Shown here: positions 19,073-28,903 of the stretch, one piece after another
How positions within the stretch are numbered: the stretch's first letter is position 1
How the letters are laid out: each line of letters opens with the position of its first letter
DNA from: an uncultured Methanomicrobiales archaeon
GTDB taxonomy: Archaea > Halobacteriota > Methanomicrobia > Methanomicrobiales > Methanospirillaceae
NCBI GenBank assembly: GCA_963758915.1
Contig: CAVWXH010000003.1
Span: forward strand, 256,001 to 320,000
Length of the DNA stretch: 64,000 bases
Direction: 5' to 3'
Program-made: the position numbers and the translations under genes
The notes under the pieces: generated by a model
Told to the model about the DNA's origin: nothing
Databases searched by the model: none
Seen by the model: only the letters and a program-made list of their open reading frames with translations

Positions 19073-20148
19073 CAAGGCAGATAATTATCCCCTTCGGCCC
19101 CCAGCACCCTGTGCTCCCTGAGCCGATCCACCTGGACCTTGTGCTCGAGGACGAGATTGTCGTCGATGTAATACCTTCAATCGGCTATGTCCACAGGGGA
19201 CTTGAAAAACTGGTCGAGCGCCGTGAATATACCGAATACGTCTATGTGGCAGAGCGGATATGTGGTATCTGTTCATTCGTCCACGGCTTAGCCTATTGCC
19301 AGGGCGTTGAAGGGATGATGAATATCGAGGTACCGGAGAGGGCATTGTACCTCAGGACAATCTGGAGCGAGTACTCGAGGCTCCATTCCCATCTCCTGAC
19401 ACTGGGGTTGTTTGCCGATGTGCTTGGTTTCGAAAACCTCTTTATGAATGCATGGAGGCTCCGCGAGCATATCCTCGATGATATGGAGGCTACCACGGGA
19501 GGCCGGGTTATCCAGGGCTCCTGTAAGGTCGGCGGGGTAAGGCGGGACATCAGCAGCGAGAAACTTGACCAGATGGTCTCAGGACTCAATGAACTTGAAA
19601 AAGAGATGAAAGAACTGACAGAGGTGTTCCTCAGGGACAGTTCGATCAAATCCCGCCTTTGCGGGGTAGGTGTCCTGCCAAAGAAAGAGGCGTACGAGTA
19701 TGGTGCGGTGGGCCCGACACTCCGGGGAAGCGGGTGGTCAATCGATGCGAGGAAACTTGGTTATGCTGCGTTTTCCAAACTGAACTTTGAACCTGTTGTC
19801 GAGACACAAGGGGATTGTTATGCCAGGTGTGCCGTACGGGCAAAGGAGATGTTTGTATCAATTGACCTGATACGGCAGGCAGTGCAGAAAATCCCTGACG
19901 GGCCGGTTGAGGTTAAAGTGACCGGGGCCCCGGATGGTGAATACTTCACACGGGTTGAACAGCCACGGGGAGAACTGGTCCATTACGTGAAAGGCAACGG
20001 GACAAAGAACCTTGTTCGGTCACGTGTCAGGACGCCGACCTTCACGAACATACCCCCACTCGTTGCCATGCTGAAAGGTTGCGAACTTGCAGATGTGCCG
20101 GTAATTGTCCACTCAATAGACCCGTGCATCGGGTGTGCGGAGAGGTGA
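19069..20148 (+). CDS. echE: Ech [NiFe] hydrogenase large subunit E
   Basis: GPQHP, L1 ERICGIC, L2 DPCIGCAER with no C-terminal extension. Confidence 0.96.
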   Translation: MTRQIIIPFGPQHPVLPEPIHLDLVLEDEIVVDVIPSIGYVHRGLEKLVERREYTEYVYVAERICGICSFVHGLAYCQGVEGMMNIEVPERALYLRTIWSEYSRLHSHLLTLGLFADVLGFENLFMNAWRLREHILDDMEATTGGRVIQGSCKVGGVRRDISSEKLDQMVSGLNELEKEMKELTEVFLRDSSIKSRLCGVGVLPKKEAYEYGAVGPTLRGSGWSIDARKLGYAAFSKLNFEPVVETQGDCYARCAVRAKEMFVSIDLIRQAVQKIPDGPVEVKVTGAPDGEYFTRVEQPRGELVHYVKGNGTKNLVRSRVRTPTFTNIPPLVAMLKGCELADVPVIVHSIDPCIGCAER

Positions 20149-20154
20149 ACGGAA

Positions 20155-20541
20155 ATGGGAATTTTTGAGATGGTAGGGACTGTTGCAAGGAGCGTCTTCC
20201 GAAAGCCTGCAACCCTGATGTATCCCGTAAAATCAGCAAAAATAACACCCCTGTCACGGGGACACGTGGTAATCGATGTTAGCAGGTGCATCTCGTGCAG
20301 GATCTGCCAGAAGAAATGCCCGAGCCAGGCAATATACGTGGAACCAAAGGAGAAAACCTGGCAGATTAACCGTCTTCGCTGCAACGTATGCAATTCGTGC
20401 GTGGAAACATGCCCTGTAAAATGTCTCACCATGGATACGCAGTATACCCCCTGCGTAACAGTACAACCCGGGGCCGAACTCTTCCATATTACCTATGTCA
20501 AACCACCAAAGCCAGAAAGTAAAGCGGAAAATCAGGAGTAG
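20155..20541 (+). CDS. echF: Ech hydrogenase subunit F (2x4Fe-4S)
   Basis: CISCRICQKKCP and CNVCNSCVETCP. Confidence 0.93.
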   Translation: MGIFEMVGTVARSVFRKPATLMYPVKSAKITPLSRGHVVIDVSRCISCRICQKKCPSQAIYVEPKEKTWQINRLRCNVCNSCVETCPVKCLTMDTQYTPCVTVQPGAELFHITYVKPPKPESKAENQE

Positions 20542-20800
20542 CTCCGGGGTTAACCAGGGCTTTCCAAAAAATCTTTTTTCCTTTTTCTCAATACCTGCAT
20601 TTATTACAACGGGCACCAGGAATAGGAGTTTCCGGGAGAGCAGGTAGCAGGCCGAAATCAATGGCAGGTTGCGAAGATAGGGGCACCCGGAACCGGGACC
20701 GCTCTTCCGCGGCCGGGCACCCCGTTATTAGGAAAGGTCTTGTGCTTACATTGCTTAACGTTGCTTACCGATCTTCAAGTGAGCGAGATGAGCGGTGTGG

Positions 20801-21028
20801 TCAGACTGGCGTTTCCTGGTTTACACCAGGCAATGGACGATAGAAATGCCAGCTGGGACTGGCGGGTGAGGGGTGATCAGCATCGTGCTCGCCGAATTCG
20901 ATCTCCATCAGGGCGATTCTCATTTTGAGAAGCCAGATGAAATCATCTGCCTTGCTCATGGTAATCATCCCCGATGTGGCGAGATCATGCAGGAGGTTGC
21001 TGATATCCGAGATGTCTGTTTCAGTCAT
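20801..21028 (-). CDS. Small hypothetical protein coupled to VapB-like gene
   Basis: 75 aa; ATG overlaps upstream stop (ATGA at 21025-21028). Confidence 0.55.
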   Translation of the reverse strand: MTETDISDISNLLHDLATSGMITMSKADDFIWLLKMRIALMEIEFGEHDADHPSPASPSWHFYRPLPGVNQETPV

Positions 21029-21201
21029 CTCTTCATTCTCCCAGGCTTTGGCTTCGCATCTTTTTCTTCTTCTTCTTCGTCCACTGTCCCGTACAGATCG
21101 TTGTACATGCTCATGATCACATCGGAGAACGTCATTTTCCCCCGTTTTATGGATACAAGCGCATCGTACGCCGCTTCTGTCACCGAGACGGTCTTTGCCA
21201 C
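21025..21201 (-). CDS. Archaeal VapB-family (COG1753-like) antitoxin/DNA-binding protein
   Basis: KTVSVTEAAYDALVSIKRGKMTFSDVI matches the KTI.v..eAY..L...K...SFSDVI pattern; GTG start; acidic tail. Confidence 0.72.
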   Translation of the reverse strand: MAKTVSVTEAAYDALVSIKRGKMTFSDVIMSMYNDLYGTVDEEEEEKDAKPKPGRMKR

Positions 21202-21304
21202 AAAAATAGATTTTGTGTTGAATGTAATAAATGTATCCATAATAAAAAATAAATTTTTTATTAAAATTACTATAAATATTAAAATTGTATGCAATATTTT
21301 TTTT

Positions 21305-21318
21305 ATTACAACTGTAAT
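21305..21318. promoter_or_regulatory. Operator-like palindrome ATTACA-AC-TGTAAT in AT-rich island
   Basis: Perfect 6-bp inverted repeat; TATTACA recurs nearby. Confidence 0.4.
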
Positions 21319-21687
21319 GTTTATAAAAAATATTATAATTAAAAATTAATTAAAAACACTTGTTTTTACATAATATTGATTTATTGAAGTAATAACAGGA
21401 TAAGAGCATTCTATCATTGACCAGGTCAGACGGTAAATCACCTGAAAATTTTTTAGATTATTGCCGAAGAAATCTTGATTTACTAAAAAAATGGATGCGC
21501 GCATACCATTTGCAAAAACTTTCGATATTACACAGTTTATGATTCACCACCCCCTGCATCCGGGCGAACAGGCAGAGCGGTAGTCCTGGAAATATTACAA
21601 ATTTTTACGGCATTATACATGCCGGATCAGTCCCGTGATTTATTGTGAACCTGTCTTTTCCAGGGAGGTTTTACCAGGATTGTTACT

Positions 21688-21756
21688 ATGAAAACAGGCA
21701 TGATGCCAAAAGGCCACAAACATACACATGAAATTGCCAGCTGGGGTTTTCAATTT
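21688..21756. repeat. Dispersed repeat fragment, inverted relative to 43962-44029
   Basis: ATGAAAACAGGCATGATGCCAAAAGGCCACAAACATACA vs reverse complement ATGAAAACAGGTATGATGCCAGAAGGCCACAAGCATACA. Confidence 0.85.
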
Positions 21757-21878
21757 TCATCCTGTTTACCTGTGACCTTCCGGCATCATGTCCGTTTACA
21801 TGGGATCATGCAATCCCCGGGAATGCAGCAATATATTAATCAGTGAAACGAAGTCCGTGATGTGCAGGTGAGGTACCG

Positions 21879-23229
21879 ATGCGTTCAGGATCAACTAATT
21901 TTTTACTCGTTGTATTAATAGCCATTATCTCCGTTTTCGGTCAATTCTGGGTAACAGCAGACTTTTTACAACCGGTTTCCAACCTGCCCTCCGGGGATTA
22001 TGGTTACTACCAGGTCGGTTCCAGCCCCAGCGGGGCTGATGTAGTATTTGACGGTAAATTTGTCGGTGAGACACCCGTCACGGTCCCGGTATTCAGTTCA
22101 AGCAACCCCGGCCATACCCTGAGCGTGTCGAAAATCGGGTATATCACATGGACCCAGTCGTACTCACAAAATCCGGTAGCCGGACAGCGCATTCCAATTT
22201 TTGCCCCACTGCAACCAACAGAGGCAACAGGGTCAATAAAAGTCATATCCAACCCTTCGGGTGCACTTGTGAACCTCGATGGGATAACGGGACAGATGTC
22301 CCCCTGGACCTATACCAGTGTCCCGGTCGGGGGGCATATTATCCAGGCATTCCTTTCGGGATTCAGCCCTTACTCAGCGCCGGTTGAGGTTATTTCGGGA
22401 CAGACCACGGAGGTTTATGCGGTACTGTATCCACTGTCGAGTACCGGTGCATTGCAGGTAGTAACTTCCCCTGGTGGCGCCGATCTCTATATCGACGCCA
22501 TCTATCAGGGTAAGACCTCAACCGCGATAGGGAGTATCGCTACGGGAAACCATCTTGTGACCCTGAAACATTATGGGTACCAGGACCTTACCGGGCAGGT
22601 AATAATTGAGGAGGGGAAGACAACCTACCTCTCCTTTACCCTCGTTCCCTTTACGGAACCTGCAACAGGGAACCTGCGTGTTTCTTCAGATCCTGCCGGG
22701 GCGGGAATTTATATCGACGGTTCCTACAACGGGGTTACTCATGCCGGTGAGTTGGCCACCTTTACCGGTATTACACCCGGGCCACATTCCGTAGAATTGA
22801 AGCTTTCCAACTACCAGGGATATACAGAAACTGTTGAAATCGTGGCAGGTGCGACCTCGACAATATCTGCAAACCTTTCCATGAGCCCAAACCCGAGTCC
22901 CTATGCTTTGCTAGAGATCGAGCTCGGTCCCTTCCGGTGCATCGGTTTTTCTTGATGGTGCGGAGCAGGGAATTACGCCACTCACACGTTCTTCTGTCCC
23001 GGCAGGAAAACACACAATTGCCATCCGGATGGCAGGATATTCAGACTATGCTACCATGGTGCAGCTTACACCAGGTCAGAGCGCACTCATATCCGCAGCA
23101 CTTGCACCCATACCGGCACCTGCACCAACGACCGCAGCCTCTTCCTGTTTATTACCGGCAATGGTCGCCCCGGTCATCGCGGCGGCACTGGTAACCATGA
23201 AAAAATATCGCATATGCGTCAAAAAATGA
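21879..23229 (+). pseudogene. PEGA-domain surface protein (5 PEGA repeats + C-terminal anchor), +1 frameshift near 22920
   Basis: Repeated S.P.GA.V..DG...G.T units; fifth repeat SSVPSGASVFLDG continues in another frame to stop 23229; span is 3n+1. Confidence 0.85.
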
Positions 23230-23882
23230 CTTTTTCCTGACAATTTCCTGCAGCACCGGTTCAATCAGCGAGACGGGAGGTCCTCTCTGCCATAAACCAG
23301 GGTATACTGGCTTACCGGTGGCATCATCCCAATATATCCGGACAGGGTGGACACCAAGTATACGAGGACCGGATGATGGGGGGATCTCCAAAGAGGTCCC
23401 CCAATCCCGGTCCCTTCAGGTGAACGCTATGTATGTTACTAAAAATTGCAAGGCCCGGGTCATCGGAAAAAGTAAAAGCGCGATACGAAGAACAAAGCAG
23501 GCGTTGTATGCGGCTGCTGCCATCCATACCGTTGCGCCACTGCTCCTGCTGGCCTGCCTGGTGATCCCGTTTGTAGTAGTTGCACACGGGTGAGAGAGAA
23601 CAGTACTATCTGACAGTACCTCCACGTAATCAATTTTTCTCTTTCGTTAATAGCATCGTATTTTTGTATTTCGTGCATTCAAGGAGAGGACTATCATCGT
23701 TATCATAGATGATCCATAAAAGGGGTCTGTTGAACACGGTAACAGGATATCCATATACATCCCTGGCATGGATTTTGCCGGATGAAGCCCGGTAAAAAGG
23801 TCAGGCCCGGTAACAGGAAGGATAACCTTTATGATCATCCCCCTGAATTAGATTATATAACCACAATGGGACTTGAATTTGC

Positions 23883-24248
23883 ATGACAGAAGTGTATGGG
23901 GCGATCTACCACAAGCTGGATGTAATCGGTGTACTCTCGGTGAGCGAGTATGATGTGATTAAAAACGATCCGCTCACGCCGCTCTATATCGACCGGCTTG
24001 CACCTGATCGCTATGCAATTGCCCGTAACAGGATAGTGGATGGTGTTCTGGTCCCGGACCCTGATATGGAGATCAGGGTCGACCATGATAAAAAATTTGC
24101 CGAGCCCCTCACCTACCAGGACCGGAATGGCAGGAAAATCGTATACCCGGAACCTGGATCGGTCAACCTCGCAATTAAGAACGAGCTGGTCACCTATCTT
24201 GACCGATGGCTCACCGAGATGATTAACGACGGTTACCGGCGTAACTAG
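23883..24248 (+). CDS. DUF1249-like protein
   Basis: DGVLVPDPDMEIRV...AEPLTYQD and NELVTYLDRWL motifs. Confidence 0.7.
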   Translation: MTEVYGAIYHKLDVIGVLSVSEYDVIKNDPLTPLYIDRLAPDRYAIARNRIVDGVLVPDPDMEIRVDHDKKFAEPLTYQDRNGRKIVYPEPGSVNLAIKNELVTYLDRWLTEMINDGYRRN

Positions 24249-24356
24249 CAGGCAGATATGGTGTATCCCGTCCCCGGCTTTCCGGTGTTTACCCGGGCAG
24301 TCTGGTGAGAACGGGAGACCCCCTCACAGGGCATGAACGGAACAATCTGATTCGAT

Positions 24357-25556
24357 CTATTGTATTTCCCGCTTTATTGCAGACCACATAAAAAATACCG
24401 CGGTGACCAGTGTTAACACAAATCCTGCCATGAAACCGGCCTGGTAACTCAGCGTGTACCCAAGGATTAGTCCGGTGACAAGGGGCCCAAGGGAGTGCCC
24501 GATATCCATGGTCGATGAAAGTGCCCCCATCGATGCACCAATCTCCTTTTTTGCAGCAATCTCACCAATGTATGCCCCCGTAGCGACCGTTGAGAGAGAG
24601 AGGCCGAAGCCAGCGGTGATGCTTATCAGGAGAAAAACTGCGAGGCTTGAGAAATATGGGATCAAAGCGACTGAAATACCAATCATGAACAGGCCCACAA
24701 GTATCTGGACCCGCTTGTCCACCCGGTCAGCGATACGGCCGAACAATGGTTTTGTGATGGCCATCAATACTACCTGGACCGAGAAAATAATACCAATTTC
24801 AAATGCGGCAAACCCCCTGTCATACAGAAACACAGGGAAGAATGTTTCGAACGCCCCAAATGAAAAATAGGTAGCCATTTCCACAAAAGCCGTCGCACGG
24901 AGGACCCGGTCACCAAAAAAAGTCCTAAAACTCCGGGTAAACTCTTTAAACGGTACGAAAACAACATCATGGTGGCCCTTTTCAGAATACAGGAGGGTAA
25001 TTGCAAAGGCGGGTATTGCGGCAATGAACGCCGCAACATACACGAGCTGGTAACTAATAAGCCCCGGGTAGGCGGCAAAATATGAAAGGATGACCCCGCC
25101 GGTAAGAGGCGCCAATGACCGTCCTATCAGCGTGGATGAGGAATACTGCCCAAGGACTTCCCCCTTCCTTCCAGGAAAACGATCGACCAGCAATGCCGCA
25201 GCAACAGGACCAAGGATCGCGGTCCCGAGACCATGGAAGAACCGGACCGGGATAAGCATCAACGGGTCACTGATGAAGAGGTACAGGAGGGGTGCAATGA
25301 CAAAAACTACACCGGAGACGATAAGGAGTCGTCTTCTCCCGATTTTATCAGACAGGACCCCTACGGGAAACGAACATAAGATCCCTGCAAACGGGGATAC
25401 TGCAGCGATCATCCCGAGGGTCGCGTTGCCAGACCCTAATGCCTGTGCAAAAAGTGGCAATACCGGGCTTTTTGAGAGGGTTGTGGAAAATATCGCAAAA
25501 AAACCGAGCAGAAACAGTGAGAACAGTATCTTCCGGTCGTTTGAAAGATGGTCCAT
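24357..25556 (-). CDS. MFS transporter
   Basis: ~12 TM; motif A GVLSDKIGRR and GRIADRVDKR. Confidence 0.92.
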   Translation of the reverse strand: MDHLSNDRKILFSLFLLGFFAIFSTTLSKSPVLPLFAQALGSGNATLGMIAAVSPFAGILCSFPVGVLSDKIGRRRLLIVSGVVFVIAPLLYLFISDPLMLIPVRFFHGLGTAILGPVAAALLVDRFPGRKGEVLGQYSSSTLIGRSLAPLTGGVILSYFAAYPGLISYQLVYVAAFIAAIPAFAITLLYSEKGHHDVVFVPFKEFTRSFRTFFGDRVLRATAFVEMATYFSFGAFETFFPVFLYDRGFAAFEIGIIFSVQVVLMAITKPLFGRIADRVDKRVQILVGLFMIGISVALIPYFSSLAVFLLISITAGFGLSLSTVATGAYIGEIAAKKEIGASMGALSSTMDIGHSLGPLVTGLILGYTLSYQAGFMAGFVLTLVTAVFFMWSAIKREIQ

Positions 25557-25647
25557 GTTTCTGCCTGTCAATACGGTGAATTAGTTTTTCCCCGATACCG
25601 GATAAGGCAGCAGGTCACTACAAACTGGCACATGCCTGACAATATAG

Positions 25648-27126
25648 TTACAACCAGCCCGGCCAGGGGAGCCCTATCCCTGCCACCAGGTCACGCACTT
25701 CATCCCGTATACCACTGTCAAGCCGCATAAGGAGGATGGAATAGATCAACATTCCGGTAACAACAGCACCTGCAATGATAAAGACATTCGTTTCCGGTAT
25801 AACATACTGGTAACCTGATACACAGACTGCCATCACTAACGATGAAATAATAATCGATGCCACCGGTTTTTTTTCTATCCTGACCTGTATACGTTTTTTC
25901 AGAACAATATGGGCCGCCAGCGCAAAAATCCCGGTACCAAGGAGGAGCGCAAGGGCGGCCCCGGTAATTCCATACCACGGGATCAACAGTACATCAAGAA
26001 GAATAGTTGATGTGGCGCCAATCGCAGTTGCAATAAAAACACTCTTCGGCATATCAAGAGCACCGAGACACATCGTCTCAAGCGCGAGGAAAACCGTGAC
26101 GATCTCAACCATGAAAAGAAGGGACAACGCGGGTCCTGCAACAACAAAAGATGCCCCGTACAGGTAGTAGAGGAGACTGCTGCCGAGGACCCATGCCCCG
26201 CATGCAGCGGGTACTGCGAGTGCCAGTGAATAGGTAATGGCACGGGCCAGTGCGGTTTCTACCGATTTTGTCTCACCGGCTTTCATCCAGGATGCAATTT
26301 TCGGATACAGTGCAGTCCGGAGGGCAAACATCACAAAAAGTGCAATGGTCGCCAGTTGAAATGCAGTCCTGTACATCCCTATTTCAGAATTTGAAAGGAA
26401 GAATCCGACAAGAATCGTATCTGCATACCCCATCAGGGCTCCGGTAAGACCGGTGATAAACGCCCACCCTGAAAACGCAAGGAGCCCCCGGATATGCCGG
26501 CGTCCGAACATTACGGGCTTCATCGAAAGGACCCGCATATTAATGAGCAGGCCGGCTATGATCCCGGCAATAAAACCCGCTGCAAGCCCCCCCAAGGAGT
26601 ACCCGAGGTATACCGCAATGACCTGCACGATTACCCGGATTATATTGTTCACCAGGTCGGCAATCTGCAGGATACCGACCTTCCCGCTTCCATATACTCC
26701 CGTCGATATGATGCCAGCCCCCGTGGATATCACGAGGGCGGCGAGGAGCCAGAGAAAAAGACCTGACTGGTTGAGATCGACAAAGAGTGGCCTGGCAGCA
26801 ACAAGGACCGTGAGGGTCGCGGCAAGGAGCACCCCACGCACAGCAGCATGTGCAGAAAAATACTCGTTCTGCGAGGCCCCCTCACTGATACGCTGAAGTG
26901 CTGCGCCACTGACACCACCATCCGTAAAAAGACCGATGACCCCCACATACGCGAGGAGGAGGAAGAACCCGCCAAGTGCCGCGGCACCCGCATTGTGTGC
27001 GATGTAAATCGTCGCAAAAAAGCCGATGGCCGTCACCCCGACTGATGATGAGAAGGCGATAAGGCTATGGCGACGTACCGGCCCTATATCCATCAACCGG
27101 CCGGAAAGACCCCGTGAGGTGGACAT
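25648..27126 (-). CDS. Wzx/MOP-family flippase (polysaccharide biosynthesis)
   Basis: ~14 TM; ADTILVG..EIGMY..A, LIPWYGITGAA motifs. Confidence 0.88.
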   Translation of the reverse strand: MSTSRGLSGRLMDIGPVRRHSLIAFSSSVGVTAIGFFATIYIAHNAGAAALGGFFLLLAYVGVIGLFTDGGVSGAALQRISEGASQNEYFSAHAAVRGVLLAATLTVLVAARPLFVDLNQSGLFLWLLAALVISTGAGIISTGVYGSGKVGILQIADLVNNIIRVIVQVIAVYLGYSLGGLAAGFIAGIIAGLLINMRVLSMKPVMFGRRHIRGLLAFSGWAFITGLTGALMGYADTILVGFFLSNSEIGMYRTAFQLATIALFVMFALRTALYPKIASWMKAGETKSVETALARAITYSLALAVPAACGAWVLGSSLLYYLYGASFVVAGPALSLLFMVEIVTVFLALETMCLGALDMPKSVFIATAIGATSTILLDVLLIPWYGITGAALALLLGTGIFALAAHIVLKKRIQVRIEKKPVASIIISSLVMAVCVSGYQYVIPETNVFIIAGAVVTGMLIYSILLMRLDSGIRDEVRDLVAGIGLPWPGWL

Positions 27127-27330
27127 TGGTAACTACTATTTTCTGTATACGGTTAAAAAAACAGGTACTTTGAAGACAGGGTAATCTCGTCACCGGAGTG
27201 ATTCTGACCCCGGTTTTGATTACCACTTTGGGTAGAGGATTTGCAGCATGGGTCATCTCGGGTCCAACACACCATACTTCCGGGTCATGGTGCGGATCAT
27301 TTTTATTTCGTGCCACGACCCAGAAGAGGT

Positions 27331-27870
27331 ATGAAATTTGTTCCGGTCATGGTTCTGTCTCTCCTCGTTATCATGCTGATATCAGGGTGTACCTCACAGG
27401 TGCCAAACCCTTCAAACGTGACAACACCGGCGTCAGGACCGCTGATGACCCGGATGGTTACTGCCTCCCCGGATGTAACGGCCCCTGCAGGACAGGTCAA
27501 TGGGTCACCAGGTAGCGGGATCGGGGTTACTATCCCGCATAATGATGTTTTTTTCCTTGAACCAATGAAGGATTACCACGTGGGGGATACGATAACCCTC
27601 CACGGGACAACCATTCTCTCCGCCGGGAACCCCCTGCTTATTGAAGTGGTCTCGTCATCCTTTGGTCCTGCACCAAAGAACAGCAGCCAGTCATTCACCG
27701 GGGTATCAGGGATCGCAACGGTGACCAGAGGTCTGACGGGCGGGCCCAATACCTGGTCATTTTCTTTTCCGACTGGCGGGTTTATCGAGGATACGTATAT
27801 CGTCACGGTATCGGGTATCGGTATCAATGTCAGGGACAGCACCACCTTCCTGCTGAAATCACGCCTTTAG
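27331..27870 (+). CDS. Lipoprotein with Ig-like C-terminal domain
   Basis: Lipobox ISGC, P/T-rich linker, VGDTITLHGTT..NTWSF domain; GAGGT RBS. Confidence 0.75.
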   Translation: MKFVPVMVLSLLVIMLISGCTSQVPNPSNVTTPASGPLMTRMVTASPDVTAPAGQVNGSPGSGIGVTIPHNDVFFLEPMKDYHVGDTITLHGTTILSAGNPLLIEVVSSSFGPAPKNSSQSFTGVSGIATVTRGLTGGPNTWSFSFPTGGFIEDTYIVTVSGIGINVRDSTTFLLKSRL

Positions 27871-27994
27871 CAGCTGTATTCACATTCAGCGCCAGAATTA
27901 TGACCTGGAGGCCCTGGAAGTGGTCCCGGCCCCGGTCCTTTTTCCCTCCCGCAAAGGAGATGTAGAGTGAACACCTTATCTGATCGTACTCATT

Positions 27995-28903
27995 ATGGAA
28001 CCGGTAATCGAAGCGACAGGCCTGGTCAAGCAGTTTGGTCCGTTTACTGCAGTAGATACCATCAGCTTTGCGGTAAGGCCTGGCGAGGTATTCGGTTTCC
28101 TGGGGCCGAACGGTGCGGGAAAAACTACAACGATGAAAATGATCCAGTGCGCATCGCCGAGGACCTCGGGTACCCTGTCTGTGTTCGGCATGGACCCGGG
28201 CACACACAGCCATGAGATCAAGGCAATGATCGGCGTTGTCCCCCAGGAGACTAACCTTGATACCGAATTTTCCACCTTTGAAAACCTCATGGTCTACTCG
28301 CGCTATTTCGGGATCCCAAAAGAGGTCGCAGAAGAGAGGGCAGAGAAACTCCTTGATTTTGTCCAGCTTACCGAAAAACGGGATATTAACATCGAAAAGC
28401 TCTCGGGGGGGATGAAGCGGCGTCTTATTCTCGCAAGGGCACTTGTGAACCAGCCAAAACTCCTGATCCTCGACGAACCTACGATCGGGCTTGATCCACA
28501 GGCAAGGCACCTGATCTGGGAGAAGCTGAAACTTCTGCGTTCATTGGGAAATACCATTGTCCTTACCACGCATTACCTCGAGGAAGCTGAAAGGCTCTGT
28601 GACCGGCTTGTGATAATGAATAACGGTACTATTCTTGTCCAGGGGTCGCCTGCAGAACTCGTCAGGGACCATGTGGGAGGAGGGATTGTTGAGGCGGAAC
28701 ATTCACCCGGAGTAGTGGCCTGTCTGTTGGACATGGGTATCCCGTACGAAGTGGCAGGGGATAGGGTCCTGGTCGTTACTGATAACCCCGGGGCGGTTGC
28801 CCGTGAGCTCCTCGCGAAATGTGATGCGAAGCAGGTCCTCACAAGGGCGGCAACACTTGAGGACGTCTTTCTGAAGCTGACCGGTAGGGTGCTGAGAGAA
28901 TGA
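27995..28903 (+). CDS. ABC-2 exporter ATP-binding protein (NodI-like)
   Basis: GPNGAGKT, LSGGM, ILDEPT, TTH. Confidence 0.95.
   Translation: MEPVIEATGLVKQFGPFTAVDTISFAVRPGEVFGFLGPNGAGKTTTMKMIQCASPRTSGTLSVFGMDPGTHSHEIKAMIGVVPQETNLDTEFSTFENLMVYSRYFGIPKEVAEERAEKLLDFVQLTEKRDINIEKLSGGMKRRLILARALVNQPKLLILDEPTIGLDPQARHLIWEKLKLLRSLGNTIVLTTHYLEEAERLCDRLVIMNNGTILVQGSPAELVRDHVGGGIVEAEHSPGVVACLLDMGIPYEVAGDRVLVVTDNPGAVARELLAKCDAKQVLTRAATLEDVFLKLTGRVLRE

Noticed and set aside
20873-21349. 158-aa ORF running into the AT island
   Set aside because: Antisense to the VapB-like pair; I/K/N/F-rich tail merely reflects AT composition
23230-23880. 650-bp gap with several short overlapping ORFs; considered as IS remnant, SRP or RNase P RNA
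   Set aside because: No recognisable protein motif and no SRP or RNase P signature found by eye
27165-27200. Weak similarity to reverse complement of ~61020-61050 (TTTGAAGA..TCGTCA.CGG.GT)
   Set aside because: Too short and gapped to distinguish from chance without a search
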